64,000 bases of DNA from Candidatus Xenobia bacterium (GCA_045863235.1 BTUM01000007.1:84335-148334), one strand, 5' to 3'. Positions 1-8,929 are shown, counted from the stretch's first letter. The notes: a model not told the origin generated them from the sequence alone. A program made the numbers and translations.

Positions 1-465
1 GGGGAAAACGAACTCGTCGGGAATCTTGGAGCGCTCGCCCGGAAAGGTGCCTCGCTCGAGGGGGAGGAGCCAGCTCTGCTCGGCTCGGTAGAAATAGAGG
101 TCGGCTTCCCATCCGTCCCACTCGACGTAGAGCTTGGGGCCGAGGTGTCGCGCGCTGGTGTCCTGGAGCCGAAAGCCCGGCGGAAGACGAGAAGCGGCCT
201 TCTTCACACGGGTGTAGTCCGACTCACGCAGTCCGAAGTCGACATCCACGTCGCCTCTGATGATCTGGCCTTCTCGATGCTGGCCGAGCAGAGTGCCGAA
301 GGCCAGCCAGTAGTCCACCCCCGTCTCGCGCAGGAAGGCGTTGGTGGTGACGAACAGTCGGCCCAGCTGCCGGGCCACCGCCTCACGGTGGCTTGCCCCG
401 AGCAGGAGGGGGTTGTAGCGGACGTGGCGCCAGAGCAGCCTGGCGGTTCGTGGCAGCCTGATCAT
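1..465 (-). CDS. LicD-family phosphotransferase (nucleotidyltransferase fold); partial, runs off the left edge; absent from the ORF track
   Basis: Manual translation from ATG at 465: MIRLPRTARLLWRHVRYNPLLLG...FLRETGVDYWLAFGTLLGQHREGQIIRGDVDVDFGL, matching the LicD/fukutin signature YWLxxGTLLGxxR...DxDxD. ATGA overlap with the upstream stop at 462-464; frame open to position 1. Confidence 0.85.
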   Translation of the reverse strand, partial: MIRLPRTARLLWRHVRYNPLLLGASHREAVARQLGRLFVTTNAFLRETGVDYWLAFGTLLGQHREGQIIRGDVDVDFGLRESDYTRVKKAASRLPPGFRLQDTSARHLGPKLYVEWDGWEADLYFYRAEQSWLLPLERGTFPGERSKIPDEFVFP

Positions 466-1241
466 ACCCGGTAGCGATAGGTCCTGCCCGGCTCGCGCTC
501 GCAGTCAGGAGGATAGCTCTTGCGCTTGGCAGCAAAGTATTCTTCGCGCCGATCCCCCTCGCGACGCAGGCCGTAGGTGATGTACAGGATGCGCCGTGCC
601 TGCGAGCTGTCGTTGGGACCCGACCGGTGGGGCACGAACGAGTCGAAGAAGATGGTATCTCCCGGGGCCGCTTCCAGAGGCTGAAACTCGAGCCCCAACT
701 CGCTCAGGGGCTCGTGCATCGGCCCGAGCAATCCTTCGCGGTGGCGCCCCGGGACGACTTCCAGGCAACCATTGCCCGGGGTGGCTCGATCGATGGCCAC
801 CATGGCCGTCAGGTGGATCGAGCCCCAGGCGTCCCAACCGGCCTGAACGTCCTGGTGGGGGGCAAAGCCGTCCCCTCCGGGAAGCTTGAAGTTCAACTTG
901 TCCTTAAACAAGACCAGGCTCTCGCCCATGAGTTGCTCGGCGGTTTCGAGCAGCGCGCCCGTGCAGAGCTCCCGCAGATCGGGGTGGTAGGGAAGGAAGT
1001 TTTCGGCCCGGCAGAGCAAGCGTTGGTGGGGAATTCTTCGGTGAGGCTCGTAGTAGAGCATCCATTTGCCCTGGGTCTCGGGCCAGCTCTCCAACTCACC
1101 CACCCACTCTCGCAGAGGCTCGGCAGGCAAGAATCCGCTCAGGTGAAGGTAGCCGTCTCGTCGGTAATGCTCGACCTGATCAGGGGTCAGACTCACGGCT
1201 GGAGGTTTGACGCGCCTGGGCATTTCCTGCCAGGCGCTCAT
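462..1241 (-). CDS. Fe(II)/2-oxoglutarate dioxygenase, PhyH family, PhnY*-like (2-aminoethylphosphonate dioxygenase-like)
   Basis: FKDKLNFKLPGGDGFAPHQD (HxD), NGCLEVVPG, distal His in FVPHRSGPN, Arg in RRILYITY. True start may be GTG at 1196 or ATG at 1223. Confidence 0.85.
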   Translation of the reverse strand: MSAWQEMPRRVKPPAVSLTPDQVEHYRRDGYLHLSGFLPAEPLREWVGELESWPETQGKWMLYYEPHRRIPHQRLLCRAENFLPYHPDLRELCTGALLETAEQLMGESLVLFKDKLNFKLPGGDGFAPHQDVQAGWDAWGSIHLTAMVAIDRATPGNGCLEVVPGRHREGLLGPMHEPLSELGLEFQPLEAAPGDTIFFDSFVPHRSGPNDSSQARRILYITYGLRREGDRREEYFAAKRKSYPPDCEREPGRTYRYRV

Positions 1242-2049
1242 AGAGCCCGGGTCCTACCAGGGCCCAGCCCAGAGCTACCGCCCAGCCAGCTGGCACGTCC
1301 ACCAGGTAGTGGAATCGCGCGTAAACCGTGGCGAAAGCAATCGAGAGAGCGATGAAGAGATAAAGACCGGTCAGGCCCGAGCGGGCACGCCAGGCGGCCA
1401 GCGCAGCGGCGGTGGACCAGGCGACATGACTTGAAGGAAAGGCGGCGCCGTCGACGGCTCCGTGATCGACCAGGCGATGGCACATATGCCAGAAGAAGCC
1501 CTGGCAGGCCGGCTCGAGGGCTGGCCAGAGCGGACGGGGACCCTGCACCGGAAAGAAGACTGCCACGAGATAGCAGGAGTAGAGCGTGGCCAGGCCCGTG
1601 AAAGTGGCCTGCTCGGCCGCTCCGGGGCGGCCCAGTTGGCGCAACCTCAGGGTCAGCAACGGGAGCAGAAGGTAGTAAAGCAGATAGCAGAGGTGCAGCC
1701 ATTCGGAGAGCAGTCGATAGGGGAGCACCTGGCTCAGCCAGGCCGCCGGAGAGGCTCCAAAGAGCCGGGTCTCCCAGGCCAGCACGGTGGCGTCGTAATA
1801 AACCCCTGACAGGATGCGGTTCTGGATCTCTAATTCGCTGTACATGGGGATCAGGAGGAAGAAGGGGTAGAGTCGGACCAGTCCGCCGCCAAGACGCGGG
1901 ATCAGCCAGATGACCGCCAGGTGCCACAGGATACGGAGCGTGAGCTCTGCGGTGCTATGCCCGGCCGGCGGGTGGAACAGGCCCAGGGCCAGAAAGCCGG
2001 CAGTCAGGGCCAGGTAGGCCCGCACCAGCAGATCGACCGGATCGCTCAT
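1180..2049 (-). CDS. PAP2-superfamily membrane phosphotransferase, Aur1/inositol-phosphorylceramide-synthase-like
   Basis: Multiple TM helices; FPVQGPR, AAFPSSHVA and RFHYLVDV match the Aur1/PAP2_3 catalytic motifs; ATGA-coupled to the upstream gene. Confidence 0.8.
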   Translation of the reverse strand: MSDPVDLLVRAYLALTAGFLALGLFHPPAGHSTAELTLRILWHLAVIWLIPRLGGGLVRLYPFFLLIPMYSELEIQNRILSGVYYDATVLAWETRLFGASPAAWLSQVLPYRLLSEWLHLCYLLYYLLLPLLTLRLRQLGRPGAAEQATFTGLATLYSCYLVAVFFPVQGPRPLWPALEPACQGFFWHMCHRLVDHGAVDGAAFPSSHVAWSTAAALAAWRARSGLTGLYLFIALSIAFATVYARFHYLVDVPAGWAVALGWALVGPGLYERLAGNAQARQTSSRESDP

Positions 2050-3083
2050 CGCTTTCGCACCAGGAAGAAGGGGTCGTGGACGATTCGGCGGGCATCGATG
2101 AGGACCAGGTCATCCTCCACCACCAGATGGTGCAGCCCGTCGGGATAGGGCCAGCACTTCCGGGGAGAGAGCCGCAGCACGGGCTTCTCGTGAAAGGTCT
2201 CTGGAGTCAGCTCGAGCACCTCGTTGATCACTACGGCGTCGCCATAGCTCGAGGAGCAATCCTGGGCCGGGCGATAGAGGCGGCCGTCGAGCCGAAAAGG
2301 CTTGCCGGCCGAGCGCGTGGAGCGGATGTCCTGTTTGAGCGGGCTCTGAGCATGGGGCTGAAAAGGGCCCAGCGGGGTCGCTGCAAAGGCAGCTTTGAGC
2401 CGGTAAGCGCCATGCCGGCTGGGACCGGTGTAGAGCAGCCACCAGCGGCCTTGATGCTCGAACAACACCGGATCCACGACTTGCGCGTCCTCGAGCAGAA
2501 CCCGTTCCAGGATCAGGCCGTCTTGCACCCGATAGAGCTTGAGTCGCTGCTCGGCCAGGCTCTCCGGCAGGCAGTAGAGCTGGTCGTTCCAGGTGAGCAG
2601 GTAGGGGAATGAATGGTGCGAGCCTTCCAGGCGGGGAATGCGCTGGTTGTTCTCCGTAATCTCGACCAGTCGGGCCGGCCTTCCGTGACGGTGCTCCTCG
2701 ACCATCAGGTGCCAGGCGTGATCTTGTCGGAAAGCGAAGGGGTCGGCCTCATAGGTGAGCGGAGCGAGCTCGGGGCGCCAGGCCCACTTGAGGTGAGGGA
2801 GCTCGGAGAGGCTCTGAAGGCGATGGAGGGCGTAGCCAACTGCCCAGATGTCGTAAGTGAAAGCTTCGCGATAGAGATACTCGAGCCCGCGTCGTGCCTC
2901 GAACAGGGCTGTGAGGAATCGCTGGGGCCAGCTGATTCGAGCCGCCGGTTGAGCTCGGTGGAACTGCCCGGCCGCGCGCCGCAGAGTGCCCTGGTAGCTC
3001 CAGTGGGGGCGGAACCAGGCCTCGAACCCGTCCTCGCGCACGACCTTGATGGGCTTTCGTCGCCAGTACTCTTGAATGGTCAC
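2046..3083 (-). CDS. GINT1 (glucosamine inositolphosphorylceramide transferase) N-terminal-like beta-propeller protein
   Basis: Motifs EADPF, HHSFPYL, YCLPES, VDPVLFEHQGRWWL, RSAG, LYRPAQDCSSSYG, GLHHL. Start moved to GTG 3083, which overlaps the upstream TGA (GTGA). Confidence 0.75.
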   Translation of the reverse strand: MTIQEYWRRKPIKVVREDGFEAWFRPHWSYQGTLRRAAGQFHRAQPAARISWPQRFLTALFEARRGLEYLYREAFTYDIWAVGYALHRLQSLSELPHLKWAWRPELAPLTYEADPFAFRQDHAWHLMVEEHRHGRPARLVEITENNQRIPRLEGSHHSFPYLLTWNDQLYCLPESLAEQRLKLYRVQDGLILERVLLEDAQVVDPVLFEHQGRWWLLYTGPSRHGAYRLKAAFAATPLGPFQPHAQSPLKQDIRSTRSAGKPFRLDGRLYRPAQDCSSSYGDAVVINEVLELTPETFHEKPVLRLSPRKCWPYPDGLHHLVVEDDLVLIDARRIVHDPFFLVRKR

Positions 3084-4147
3084 GCCCGCTCCAGCAGGCG
3101 GTAGGTCTTCTCGCGCCGAGCTCCCAGGGCGTTCAGCATGGCCTGCATGGGGCGGTTGTCGGCCAGCACCCAGGAAGCCTCCAGTCGCTCCCACGGGATG
3201 CGCGCGTCCAGTTTTACCAGCGCCTCGATCATGGCCCCAGCTACGTCAAGCTGTCGAGCCTCGCGCACGATCCCGATGGCATAGGCTCGATAGTTGCGGA
3301 TCCAGCTGCGGCGCGTGAGGTAGTCGTAGAGAAGGCGAAGGGTCAATCGTCCCTGGCTTCGGGTCAGCATGGGGTTGAGATCGGGCAGGGTGATGAGAGC
3401 GCCCACCGTGGCGCCCTGATGCTCGGCGAACAGCACGGTCTCCGGGCGGATCAAGAGCAAGCTGAGGACCACGAACTCCCGCATCATGGGCTCGTCGAAT
3501 TCTTCGAAGCCCCAGTTGTCGGCCAGCGCGTTGTTGAAGACACTTGCCAGCCTGCGGGTGTCGCGAACCCGGTGCCAGGGATCCATGGATCGCACCGTCA
3601 CCCCCTGCTCGGCCGCCCGGCGGGCCCGGCCTCGCATCAGGTCTTGCCTGACCTCGCCCCGCTGGAAGCTGTAGGTATGCATCTCCTGCAGACTGCGAAA
3701 GCCGGCTTGCTCGAGCAACTCGGCGTAGTAGGGTGGGTGGTAGGCCAGCAAGAAGCTAGGCGGGGTGTCGAAGCCATCGACCAGCAGGCCCGGGTAGGGG
3801 TCCTCCTGGCGAAAATGGTAGGGGCCCCGCAGGGGCAGTCCGGGAAAAGTCTCGCAGGCCTGCTTGAAGAGTTCGTTCAGAGCCTGGTGCTGCCCCGGCA
3901 GGCACTCCAGAAAGCCGAAGTGGAGAGCTTGCTGATGGCGCTTGACGCCCAGGTGAGCCACCGGCTCGCCGTTATGCCAGGCCACGTAGAAGGCGCGCTC
4001 GGGGTCGTCGAGCCCACCCATCAGCTGTCGGTAGTGCTGCCAGAGCGGAGGCACCCAGGCCGGATGGCGGCCCGGGTAGATGGCTCGCGCGAGGCTCCAG
4101 AAAGCCAGACGCTCGCGCTCGGTGCGCACGCGGGTGATGCTCGTCAA
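3080..4147 (-). CDS. GNAT-fold acyltransferase of the YghO / bacterial ceramide synthase (bCerS) family
   Basis: Family motifs PAWVPPL, FGFLE, GLLVDGFDTPP, YHPPYYAELLE, FNNALADNWGF, LPDLN, EASWVLADN, KTYRL. Confidence 0.8.
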   Translation of the reverse strand: MTSITRVRTERERLAFWSLARAIYPGRHPAWVPPLWQHYRQLMGGLDDPERAFYVAWHNGEPVAHLGVKRHQQALHFGFLECLPGQHQALNELFKQACETFPGLPLRGPYHFRQEDPYPGLLVDGFDTPPSFLLAYHPPYYAELLEQAGFRSLQEMHTYSFQRGEVRQDLMRGRARRAAEQGVTVRSMDPWHRVRDTRRLASVFNNALADNWGFEEFDEPMMREFVVLSLLLIRPETVLFAEHQGATVGALITLPDLNPMLTRSQGRLTLRLLYDYLTRRSWIRNYRAYAIGIVREARQLDVAGAMIEALVKLDARIPWERLEASWVLADNRPMQAMLNALGARREKTYRLLERA

Positions 4148-4184
4148 GGCCAGGTTTGTTCTGAACCGGCCGGGATGGGCCCTC

Positions 4185-5114
4185 TCAGGCCGAGCGGGTC
4201 AAGGGCTCCAATCGACGCATGTAGCGGGCCAGGGTCTGGATGGTGGGACCGTAGCCCTTGTGATAGATCGCGTACTCGAGCTCGTAGCCAAGCTTGCCGG
4301 CGCTCTCGAGCCGCTCGTTCGGATCGGGGGCCAGGCAACGATCGAGGGTTGCGGCCAGCATCGGGGTCAGGCCCGGGGGACTGCTCAGCCGGGTGCTCAG
4401 AAGCCGGGTGAGGGTTTCGCTCAAGCTCTCTCCCTCCACCAGGAAGGGATTCCGGCCCGTCAACAGCTCGTAGTAGACGACACCCAGGCTGAAGAGGTCG
4501 CTGCGACCGTCGGTGACCTGGCAGCTGGCCTGCTCGGGCGCCATGTACTCTACCCGGCCATAGACCTGCTCGCCTTCTTTTGACTCGAGGTAGTGGGCCG
4601 CCTTGGCCACCCCGAAGTCTGCCAGCTTGACCTCGCCTTCGCCGGAAATCAGGATATTGTTGGGCGACACGTCACGATGGACCAGACCCAGGGGCTGGCC
4701 CTGCTCGTCGGTGCGCTCGTGAGCATACTCCAGGGCCCGGGCCAGCCGGCTGACGATGAAGGTGGCCAGCTCGACCGGCACGGTCTTTCCAGCGTGCAGA
4801 TCGAGAAAGTGCCTCAGGCTCATCCCCTCGATCAGCTCCATGGCGATATAGGCTCCAAAGTCCGCCCGGCCCAGCTGGTAAATTTGCACGATGTTGGGGT
4901 GGATCAGGTTGGCCACCAGACGAGCTTCCCCCACGAACATCTGGCTGAACTCGCTCGACTCGCTCAACCAGGGGTGCAACACCTTGAGGGCAACCCGCTT
5001 GGAGAAGCCGTCGGCTCCCAGTTGCTGAGCCTCGTAAACGGTGCCCATGCCTCCCGAAGCGAGCTCGCGGATGATCCGGTAGCGAGTTTCTTGAACGAAA
5101 TACTGAGGAGTCAC
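4185..5114 (-). CDS. Hanks-type Ser/Thr protein kinase (kinase domain only)
   Basis: LASGGMGTVY, VALK, HRDVSPNN, DFG, YMAPEQ, DLFSLG; no TM or sensor domain. Confidence 0.95.
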   Translation of the reverse strand: MTPQYFVQETRYRIIRELASGGMGTVYEAQQLGADGFSKRVALKVLHPWLSESSEFSQMFVGEARLVANLIHPNIVQIYQLGRADFGAYIAMELIEGMSLRHFLDLHAGKTVPVELATFIVSRLARALEYAHERTDEQGQPLGLVHRDVSPNNILISGEGEVKLADFGVAKAAHYLESKEGEQVYGRVEYMAPEQASCQVTDGRSDLFSLGVVYYELLTGRNPFLVEGESLSETLTRLLSTRLSSPPGLTPMLAATLDRCLAPDPNERLESAGKLGYELEYAIYHKGYGPTIQTLARYMRRLEPLTRSA

Positions 5115-5154
5115 GACAGAGCTTGACTTCGATTCAAGCGCTCGCGGTCCTTCT

Positions 5155-5187
5155 TTTCGGGTTTCCTTCAGGCAGGCAGGCTAGTCT
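5155..5187 (+). promoter_or_regulatory. Putative regulated promoter: direct repeat (11-bp period) + N10 + -10 box
   Basis: tttcgg-gtttc-cttcag-N10-TAGTCT, 9 nt before ATG 5197; same geometry at 8897, 9298 and 33140. Confidence 0.6.
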
Positions 5188-5196
5188 GATGTCAAC

Positions 5197-6342
5197 ATGC
5201 GCATTCTGGTTACCCATAGCTCCTCCACCGGACACGGCCACCGGATGGCCGCCGAGGCCCTGGTCAGCGCCCTGCGCGAGCATCCGGGTGTGGAGGCCGA
5301 GTCGTTCGACATGCTCAGCGTCTGCCCGCCCGAGGTGCGCGAAGCCCAGAAGAAGAGCGTGCAGGCCTTCGAAAGCCGCGAGAAGCTGGCTCGCTGGAGC
5401 TACGAGCTGGCCCTGGCCGGCAACCCTGTCATCGGCACCGTGCAGTGGGCCATCAACCACTACAAGGCATGGATGGCCCCGGAAGCTCTGCAGTACATCA
5501 AAGACTACCAGCCTGACCTGATCGTCAGCACCCACGAGCAGGCCAGCGGCCTGGTGGACATCTGGAAAGATAGCGGCGAGCTGACCGCCCCGCTGGTCAA
5601 CGTGCACACCGACCACCTGGCCGACATGCGCTGGGTGCAGCCCCAGGTGCAGCACTACTTCGTCGCCAACGAGCTCATGCGCGAGGATCTCGCCCGCCTG
5701 GGGGTCGAGCCCGAGAAGGTGAGCGTCACCGGAATTCCCATTCGTCCGGAGTTTGGCCAGCCCGCCCCGGCCGATCTGGATCAGAAGCTGGGCCTCGACC
5801 CGACCTTGCCCACCGTGCTCATCATGGGCGGCGGGCTGGGCCTGCAGCCCTTCAATCGCCAGGTGGAGGCGCTCGAGCGCCAGCCGTATCCGATGCAGAT
5901 CGTGTGCGTGTGCGGCACCAACCAGGCTGCCTACGACGAGCTGAAGGCCCGCCAGGGTGGCAATCACCCGTTGCATGTGCTGGGCTCGGTCAAGAATATG
6001 CCCGAGCTGTTGAAGGCGGCCGACGTGGTGGTCAGCAAGGCGGGGGGGTTGACCACCTCGGAGATCCTGGCCACCGGCAAGCCGATGATTCTGTACAATC
6101 CGCGTCTGGGTCTGTCGGTGCACCAGTCCAATCGGCTCGAGTCCATCGGGGTCGCCAGCATCGCCCGCAGTGGCGACGAGATGGCCGGCCAGGTGGTGGG
6201 CTACCTGAGCGACGAGACTCGCAAGGAGCAGGTAGCCCAGGCCATGGCCCGGGCCAGCAAGCCCGACTCCAGTCGCGCCATCGCCTCCGAGCTGGTCCAG
6301 ATGGCAGCCCGGCACCAGAACACCCTGAACGTCTCAGCCTGA
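5197..6342 (+). CDS. GT28 / MGDG-synthase-family glycolipid glycosyltransferase (UgtP-like)
   Basis: GHGHRMAAEAL, PDLIVSTH, HTD, TGIPIRPEF, IMGGGLG, VCGTN, SKAGGLTTSE. Confidence 0.9.
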   Translation: MRILVTHSSSTGHGHRMAAEALVSALREHPGVEAESFDMLSVCPPEVREAQKKSVQAFESREKLARWSYELALAGNPVIGTVQWAINHYKAWMAPEALQYIKDYQPDLIVSTHEQASGLVDIWKDSGELTAPLVNVHTDHLADMRWVQPQVQHYFVANELMREDLARLGVEPEKVSVTGIPIRPEFGQPAPADLDQKLGLDPTLPTVLIMGGGLGLQPFNRQVEALERQPYPMQIVCVCGTNQAAYDELKARQGGNHPLHVLGSVKNMPELLKAADVVVSKAGGLTTSEILATGKPMILYNPRLGLSVHQSNRLESIGVASIARSGDEMAGQVVGYLSDETRKEQVAQAMARASKPDSSRAIASELVQMAARHQNTLNVSA

Positions 6343-6412
6343 CTTCGTCTATAGCGATGTTGAGAGGGTCTTGCCCTGTTCTTGGGGGAAAGCTGCTGCA
6401 GAGGCTCCGCGC

Positions 6413-8890
6413 TCAGATCTTGTTCAACAGGTCGTACTTGCGCGTGACAGGAGCGACCGCGGTCAGTCCGGTGTGCAATCCCTCCACCGTCACCGATGAC
6501 ACGCGGGTGCGCCAGGGACGAACCGAGTGGATCAGCCCGCCCCAGCTCTCCATACCGGTATCTTTCCGATATTGCCCGGGGAAGAAGATGGGGTCGGGCA
6601 TCTGGATGGAAAGCCCGCTGGCTGCTCCCAGCGACGCCTCGTTGCGATTCACCACCACCGCCTCCTGCAAAAGCGCCTGGCAGCGGGCGGCCAGCTGGGC
6701 CACCTCGGCATCGGGACAGCCCTGCTGCAGCTTTTCCAGAAAGCTCCCAAGGTCGCCGTAGCCCGGGAAGTTCACGAAGCGCTTGAGCCCCAGCCACAAG
6801 TTCTCCAGTGTTCCTCGCCAGCCCGGGGCGGTGGACTTCTCCTCGCGAGGGAAATGGCGCGTCTGGGCGGCCGCTTGCTGGAAGTGCTCGCCGACCACGG
6901 GTAGCTTCTCTTGCACTATGGCCGCCAGCTCTTCCACCGAGGCGGTCAGGGCCGGCAGCTTCTCCAGGTCCACCAGCGAGAGCGTGGGCACCACCTCGTT
7001 GCCGCCATGGCGTTTCACCAGCATTTCGCCGAAGGTCTTGGGGTCCTTGTCGATCTCTCCCAGTCGGGGCAGGATATAGGTCCAGGGCAGACCTGCTTCC
7101 CACAGGCTGTCCTGGCTGACCACTGCGTAGCGGGCGTGCTGGCCCAGGTCCTTGAGCGCTTCCAGGTTGGCCATCTCGCAGGCTTCCATGATCAGCACGT
7201 CAACCTTTTTGCCCGTCTGGGCGTGGGTCAGCTCCAGGGCTTTGCTCACGTCGGCCATCTTCATGCCGGCCAGGCGCTTGTAGCCCAGGCCATGGCCTTC
7301 GAGCAGCACGGCAGTGTGCTCGGAAGGGTAACGTTTCATCGAGCGCACCCACAGGTTGCTCAGGGCTTCGGGGCTGGGCGCGTCGGTGCTGGAGCTGCGC
7401 TCGACCGTGTGGGTCTGGATGGTGTTGCGGCCGGGAGTGTGCACGCCCCCGGCAGCCAGTTCGTAGGTGCGGGTGCCCGACCAGCTGGCCTCCTCGTGAG
7501 CCTCAGCCACCCGGCCGGCGGTCCGGCGGTCCTTGATACCCTGATAGATGGAGAAAGCCGCCCCCTGAGCCAGCTGGCTTCCCACCAGCAGGGCCGGGAT
7601 TCCGGCCAGACCGAACAGTCCGAAAGCTGCTGCGCCTGCCGCCACGGCCAGGGCCGGCAGAGCATAGATCTTGAAAGTCGCGCTGCGCTTTAAAGACTCC
7701 ACGTCTTTGCCCTCGCGTCGCAACTGCAGCACCACGTGGGCATCCGGATGGGGGTTGCGCTCGAAGTCGATCACCTGACGGGTGCGCATCGGCTCGAGCT
7801 CACTGGCAGTGGCGTCCAGGTGCCCGACGATGGTCCAGGGGCGGGAAGCGGCCATCGGCACCATCGGCAGGGACTCCCTGACACTGGTTGGAGTTTCCAC
7901 CTGGCAACCGCATCCGCAGCCGACCGGGTGGCGATGGCTCTCGCCCTGCCCGTCCACCAGATCGCGGGTGAGGTTGCGTCCCAGCACTCGCCCGCCGTGC
8001 CAGCCCTCGATGGCGCCCAGTTTGAGTCCTTTGCCCAGCCCGACCGCGAGGCCGGCCACAAAACCCGCCGGGCCCAGCACGGCCGAGGCGGCCAGACTGC
8101 CAACGGCTCTTGCCATGCTTTCGTGCCAACCGGCCAGCGTTTTGTCCAGCTTCGAGCCTTCCGCCGAGGGGCCGTATCTCTTGGTCCAGCTCGCTTCCAG
8201 GCTGGCGTTTTGACCGAGCCCCGAGTTGACTCCCCGGAAGGCCCCGTAGCTGGCTCCCACCAGTCCGAAGGCGCACAGTCCGGTCAGGCCGCCCAGCACT
8301 CCACCCACCACCGAGCCGGTGGCGGTGGCCGCTCCGGCCAGCGGGCCCAGTTTTTTCTTATCGGGCTGCACCCAGGGCCGGTTGTGAATGATCTTGAAGC
8401 GCGGGGGAGCGGTCGGATCGTGGTCGGGATGCTCCACGACCAGCACCCGCAGCTCGTCCTTGAGGATCTTGACCCACTCTTCATTGAGGGCTTTCGCCTC
8501 GCTGGCCCGCCCGGCTTTCAGCTCGGACTGCATCCGGCCCAGAATCTGGTGCACATCCGCCAGACGCTCGAGCGCAGCCTGGTCTTCCACCGCAAAGCGC
8601 GTTCCCACCTGATCGGGTGGTGTCGTGGCCAGCTGTACCACAAACTGTTTCAAGCGCTCCTCATACTGGTCGGACGAGCAACGCTTGAGGCGCATCAACC
8701 CCGAGAAGGCCCCCTGGACCATGCCATCCTGCTCGACGGCTTCCTTCATGAAAGCACTGCAGGACGGGGTGTACATGCAGTGAGCGCCCCGCTCGCCGTT
8801 GTAGTCGGCCGAGATGTAGTCCTGGTAAAGGCTGACCACCTTGTGAGCGGCGCCTGCCACGACCTGGCGAGGGATCTGGGTCACCTTCAT
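6413..8890 (-). CDS. Fusion protein: YidD-like domain + Gly-rich hydrophobic region + clostripain-family (C11) cysteine peptidase
   Basis: N-terminal CMYTPSCSAFMKEAVEQDGMVQG...RLKRC (YidD Cys pattern); C-terminal AVLLEGHG (His) and LIMEACEMANLE (Cys), TLSLVDL, GLSI. Confidence 0.75.
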   Translation of the reverse strand: MKVTQIPRQVVAGAAHKVVSLYQDYISADYNGERGAHCMYTPSCSAFMKEAVEQDGMVQGAFSGLMRLKRCSSDQYEERLKQFVVQLATTPPDQVGTRFAVEDQAALERLADVHQILGRMQSELKAGRASEAKALNEEWVKILKDELRVLVVEHPDHDPTAPPRFKIIHNRPWVQPDKKKLGPLAGAATATGSVVGGVLGGLTGLCAFGLVGASYGAFRGVNSGLGQNASLEASWTKRYGPSAEGSKLDKTLAGWHESMARAVGSLAASAVLGPAGFVAGLAVGLGKGLKLGAIEGWHGGRVLGRNLTRDLVDGQGESHRHPVGCGCGCQVETPTSVRESLPMVPMAASRPWTIVGHLDATASELEPMRTRQVIDFERNPHPDAHVVLQLRREGKDVESLKRSATFKIYALPALAVAAGAAAFGLFGLAGIPALLVGSQLAQGAAFSIYQGIKDRRTAGRVAEAHEEASWSGTRTYELAAGGVHTPGRNTIQTHTVERSSSTDAPSPEALSNLWVRSMKRYPSEHTAVLLEGHGLGYKRLAGMKMADVSKALELTHAQTGKKVDVLIMEACEMANLEALKDLGQHARYAVVSQDSLWEAGLPWTYILPRLGEIDKDPKTFGEMLVKRHGGNEVVPTLSLVDLEKLPALTASVEELAAIVQEKLPVVGEHFQQAAAQTRHFPREEKSTAPGWRGTLENLWLGLKRFVNFPGYGDLGSFLEKLQQGCPDAEVAQLAARCQALLQEAVVVNRNEASLGAASGLSIQMPDPIFFPGQYRKDTGMESWGGLIHSVRPWRTRVSSVTVEGLHTGLTAVAPVTRKYDLLNKI

Positions 8891-8896
8891 AGCTCG

Positions 8897-8929
8897 ATTA
8901 TCCCGCCATGAACTGAAAGAAGCCTGACG
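8897..8929 (-). promoter_or_regulatory. Putative regulated promoter, probably near-leaderless
   Basis: Minus strand: cgtcag-gcttc-tttcag-N10-GATAAT-N6-ATG(8890); no Shine-Dalgarno. Confidence 0.55.

Noticed and set aside
6413..8890. Canonical yidD gene
   Set aside because: It is only a domain of a large fusion, and rnpA, yidC and rpmH are not adjacent.
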